Assembly (NCBI RefSeq): GCF_001598795.1
Contig: NZ_BCZP01000054.1
Coordinates: 1 to 7,530 of the forward strand
Direction: 5' to 3'
DNA: 7,530 nt
Source of the DNA: Delftia acidovorans NBRC 14950
GTDB taxonomy: Bacteria > Pseudomonadota > Gammaproteobacteria > Burkholderiales > Burkholderiaceae_C
Shown: positions 5,722-7,530 of the stretch, one piece after another
Layout: every line of letters begins with the position of its first letter
How positions within the stretch are numbered: position 1 is the first letter of the stretch
Notes under the pieces: generated by a model
Told to the model about the DNA's origin: nothing
The model's input: only the letters and a program-made list of their open reading frames with translations
The model's database searches: none
Program-made: the position numbers and the translations under genes

Positions 5722-6329
5722 GATGCCCTCCCCCGCGAGCCGCGGCTGGTGTTGGAGCGCCACACGTCGGCTGTGGCGTCATCCATGGCGCGCAGGAAGA
5801 ACGCCAGGGCCACGCCGGCCTGGTCGGGCTTGTAGTAGTCCGTGCCCTCGGTAGCCAGCAGCTCGGCCTTGGCGCCCTCGCGGATCGCCTCATGATAGAG
5901 CGAGGCCACCTCATCGGGCACGCTGTTGCCGCGCAGGGACGGCATCAGCGAAGCATAGACCTGCAGCCGGCCCGCGCTGCCCGTGCGCACAGTGAATTCG
6001 CGCAGGTTGGTCGTGACCAGGTAGAGCTTGCCGCGCAGCTCGTGCTGCCAGGGATCGGCAGGCAGGTCGCGCGCCTTCGCCACCGCCAGCGGGCGCCCGG
6101 CCAGCGTGGCCCGCTCCAGGCGCAGCAGCTCCGCGCCCTGGGGCAGCTCGAAGGTGTATTCGGCGAAGGCCTCGCCGGTCACGTCCGTGGGCTCCAGCCA
6201 TTCCTGCCAGGCGCGCGTGGCCTTGAGGAAGGTGCGCGCGGCGCGGTTCAGCGCCATATGGATGAGCGGGACCGGCGCCTTGGGGGCGGCCAGGACCAGC
6301 TCAGGCATCCAGTTCTCCCAGCTGGCCAT
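5712..6329 (-). CDS. Hypothetical phage virion protein, 205 aa (possible head-tail joining protein)
   Basis: ORF track 5712..6329. ATG 6329 lies 7 nt after the upstream TGA with no clear SD. An alternative start is ATG 6308 (MPELVLAAP...), preceded by GGGAGAACTGG, a good SD. Codon usage and composition are coherent. Its position between the capsid genes and tail genes is the only basis for the role. Confidence 0.75.
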   Translation of the reverse strand: MASWENWMPELVLAAPKAPVPLIHMALNRAARTFLKATRAWQEWLEPTDVTGEAFAEYTFELPQGAELLRLERATLAGRPLAVAKARDLPADPWQHELRGKLYLVTTNLREFTVRTGSAGRLQVYASLMPSLRGNSVPDEVASLYHEAIREGAKAELLATEGTDYYKPDQAGVALAFFLRAMDDATADVWRSNTSRGSRGRASWL

Positions 6330-6336
6330 GGTGCGA

Positions 6337-6720
6337 TCAGCCGGTCACGTTGGAAGCGCGCGAGGCCTTGCGCACGCGGCCGGTGGGGGCCGAGTCGGAT
6401 TCCTGGGGCATACCGGTGCCGCCGTCCAGGTCGTCATCATCGCCAGAGCCCATGCCTGGCGAGAAGGTGCCGCGCGAGGACGGGGCCTTGCCGTCCAGGG
6501 TCGCGCGGCGGGCTTCGCGCTCGGCGGCCAGGCGCTGGAATTTCTGCTCGGCCTCGAACTCCTCCTCGGTCTGGAAGTTGCCGGCGCGCAGATGCTCGGC
6601 ATGGGCCTCGTTCTCGACGTCGCAGGCCAGCGGCTTGCCCTCGAAAACATAGATGGCGCCCTTGATGCGCACGATCAGGGTTCCGTCCTTGCGTGCGGGC
6701 AGCGAAGTGAACAGCTTCAT
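6337..6720 (-). CDS. Hypothetical phage protein, 127 aa, with a charged/acidic low-complexity C-terminal tail
   Basis: ORF track 6337..6795. I prefer the start at ATG 6720-6718 (MKLFTSLPARKDG...), because GGAGAA (rc of 6729-6734) sits 8 nt upstream. The longer version would also read through the terminator hairpins. The C-terminal half is EEEFEAEQKFQRLAAEREARRA...GSGDDDDLDGGTGMPQESDS. Confidence 0.75.
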   Translation of the reverse strand: MKLFTSLPARKDGTLIVRIKGAIYVFEGKPLACDVENEAHAEHLRAGNFQTEEEFEAEQKFQRLAAEREARRATLDGKAPSSRGTFSPGMGSGDDDDLDGGTGMPQESDSAPTGRVRKASRASNVTG

Positions 6721-6741
6721 GGTGATGGTTCTCCGGGGTTC

Positions 6742-6771
6742 AAAAAGCCCCGGCGGCCGATGCCACCGGGG
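6742..6771 (-). terminator. Rho-independent terminator between the capsid-accessory gene and the downstream virion genes
   Basis: The minus-strand RNA reads CCCCGGUGGC-AUCG-GCCGCCGGGG-C-UUUUU-GAA. This gives a 10-bp GC-rich stem (6762-6771 pairs with 6748-6757, including one G.U pair), a 4-nt loop (6758-6761) and a U5 tract (6742-6746). A second small hairpin, GCCCC-CGCAA-GGGGC (6775-6789), lies immediately upstream. Both sit in the 87-nt gap after the stop at 6808. Confidence 0.55.
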
Positions 6772-6807
6772 AAAGCCCCTTGCGGGGGCGCACACATGAG
6801 CGCGCTG

Positions 6808-7257
6808 TCAGGCGTTCGTGTAGATCAGGTCCAGCGTGAACAGGCCGGCAGCCGTGCCTGCGCCCGAAACCTTGAGGATGATGCGTCGGTCTTCATCCTT
6901 GGTTGCGAGTTTGGCGAAGGCCGCTGGCACGAGGTGCGCGTAACCACCGGCTGCACCCACATCGTTGTCCGTCACCCAGGCGCCGCCGCCGTCGTCGGCC
7001 GCTGTGCTGATGTCGCCAGCCGCATCCGCCAGGCCAATGGAGGCCTTGAAGCCCGCGCCCAGGGCAGCAGGCACGCGGATGTACAGCGACACGGGCAGCA
7101 TGCCGGCGGGCAGGATGCCGATGACGCCACGGGTACCCACTGCGTGGTCTGCCACTGCCAGGGGCTGGCCGAAGCGCGAGCGCACCAGCTCGGAGCCGCC
7201 GGGGGTGATGGGGGCCTGATGGCCTGCGGCCACGGCACTGAGTTGCTTGAAAGCCAT
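6808..7257 (-). CDS. Small Ala/Gly-rich capsid-accessory protein, 149 aa (putative head decoration/cement protein)
   Basis: ORF track 6808..7257. The strong SD AGGAG (rc of 7264-7268) sits 6 nt upstream of the ATG. The gene directly follows the capsid gene and is followed by a terminator, an arrangement typical of abundant capsid components. The functional call rests on position and size only. Confidence 0.8.
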   Translation of the reverse strand: MAFKQLSAVAAGHQAPITPGGSELVRSRFGQPLAVADHAVGTRGVIGILPAGMLPVSLYIRVPAALGAGFKASIGLADAAGDISTAADDGGGAWVTDNDVGAAGGYAHLVPAAFAKLATKDEDRRIILKVSGAGTAAGLFTLDLIYTNA

Positions 7258-7283
7258 GAATGACTCCTTTCGTTCGGTGGGGA

Positions 7284-7530
7284 TCAGCGCGAAGCAGCGG
7301 CCGTGTCGATGCCGTAGACGCCGTGGTCCTGCTTCTCGCCCTCGATCTCGAAGACCGACTTCTTGACGCCGAAGATGGACGACGTGGTGATCACGACCTG
7401 GTTGCCGTTGTCGCGGGTTTCCTCATGCCAGCCGTAGCGCATGCCCGTGCCCGGCGAGCCGAACGCCATCACGCCGGCCTGCGCACCCATGAACAGCGCG
7501 CGCGCCGTTTCCAGGTCGCCCGTGGCACCG
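7284..7530 (-). CDS. Major capsid protein, C-terminal fragment (gene continues beyond the right edge)
   Basis: The reading frame is open from 7529 down to the TGA at 7286-7284. Hand translation upstream of the track's Met gives ...GATGDLETARALFMGAQAGVMAFGSPGTGMRYGWHEETRDNGNQVVITTSSIFGVKKSVFEIEGEKQDHGVYGIDTAAASR. The motif string (GAQAGV.AFG ... W.EE.D.GN ... IFGVKK..F ... GV..IDTAA) resembles my recollection of the C-termini of N4-gp56/DUF4043-type HK97-fold capsid proteins. Not searched. Confidence 0.7.
   Translation of the reverse strand, partial: GATGDLETARALFMGAQAGVMAFGSPGTGMRYGWHEETRDNGNQVVITTSSIFGVKKSVFEIEGEKQDHGVYGIDTAAASR

Noticed and set aside
2271-6650. Alternative-frame minus-strand ORFs (2271..2552, 2419..2685, 2899..3159, 4065..4247, 4632..4841, 4736..5452, 5028..5306, 5456..5914, 5508..5690, 5911..6201, 6345..6650, 6972..7238)
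   Set aside because: They are entirely nested in, or out of frame with, the main genes. Their composition is Arg/Pro/Gly-rich low complexity, and there is no independent start-site support.
2213-6795. Longer N-terminal extensions offered by the ORF track (starts at 2246, 5043, 5763, 6795)
   Set aside because: Internal ATGs at 2213, 5019, 5721 and 6720 each have a well-spaced Shine-Dalgarno sequence (GGGAG, AGGAG, GGGGGAGGG, GGAGAA). They give compact or overlapping junctions. The extensions would overlap the upstream genes extensively or read through the terminator hairpins.
1-7263. Long plus-strand ORFs (1..924, 2328..3251, 2321..2755, 3062..3661, 3841..4557, 4520..4936, 4756..5418, 5462..5854, 5892..6665, 6028..7263)
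   Set aside because: They are antisense to better-supported minus-strand genes. Their translations are dominated by Arg/Ala/Gly/Pro/Ser runs typical of out-of-frame or antisense reading of high-GC coding DNA. None has a convincing SD. Stop-poor antisense frames are expected at this GC content.
1-7530. tRNA/rRNA genes, CRISPR arrays, IS elements or inverted terminal repeats, att sites, integrase or lysis genes, toxin-antitoxin or known defence systems
   Set aside because: There is no spaced short-repeat array, no cloverleaf-like segments in the few intergenic gaps and no transposase- or integrase-like ORFs. Every sizeable ORF fits a virion-morphogenesis operon.

Overview
The window is high-GC (roughly 70% by eye) and is filled by one co-directional, tightly packed minus-strand operon. 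It reads as the late/structural module of a tailed phage or prophage from a high-GC proteobacterial host. In transcription order (right to left) it contains:
- the C-terminal end of a major capsid protein, cut by the right edge
- a 149-aa Ala/Gly-rich capsid-accessory (decoration-like) protein
- a good intrinsic terminator
- a 127-aa protein with an acidic tail
- two ~205-210-aa virion proteins, possibly head-tail adaptors
- a 138-aa tail-associated protein
- a 348-aa protein with degenerate repeats and a fibre-tail-adaptor-like C-terminus
- a 445-aa tail fibre carrying an internal 168-nt duplication
- a compositionally foreign (about 40-50% GC) 446-aa BNR/Asp-box beta-propeller protein
- a 112-aa protein
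- an open-ended ORF (504 down to 1) that the supplied ORF track omits

Most gene junctions are overlaps or gaps of 2-7 nt; the wider gaps are 26 nt (7258-7283), 33 nt (505-537), 69 nt (5020-5088) and 87 nt (6721-6807). All long plus-strand ORFs look like antisense shadows typical of high-GC DNA. I see no tRNA/rRNA, CRISPR array, IS element or integrase, and no recognisable defence or toxin system.

The most notable signal is the low-GC receptor-binding cassette (about 800-2355). Its recombination junctions lie inside the flanking genes. Functional names rest on remembered motif resemblance and gene order, not on searches, and should be treated as hypotheses.
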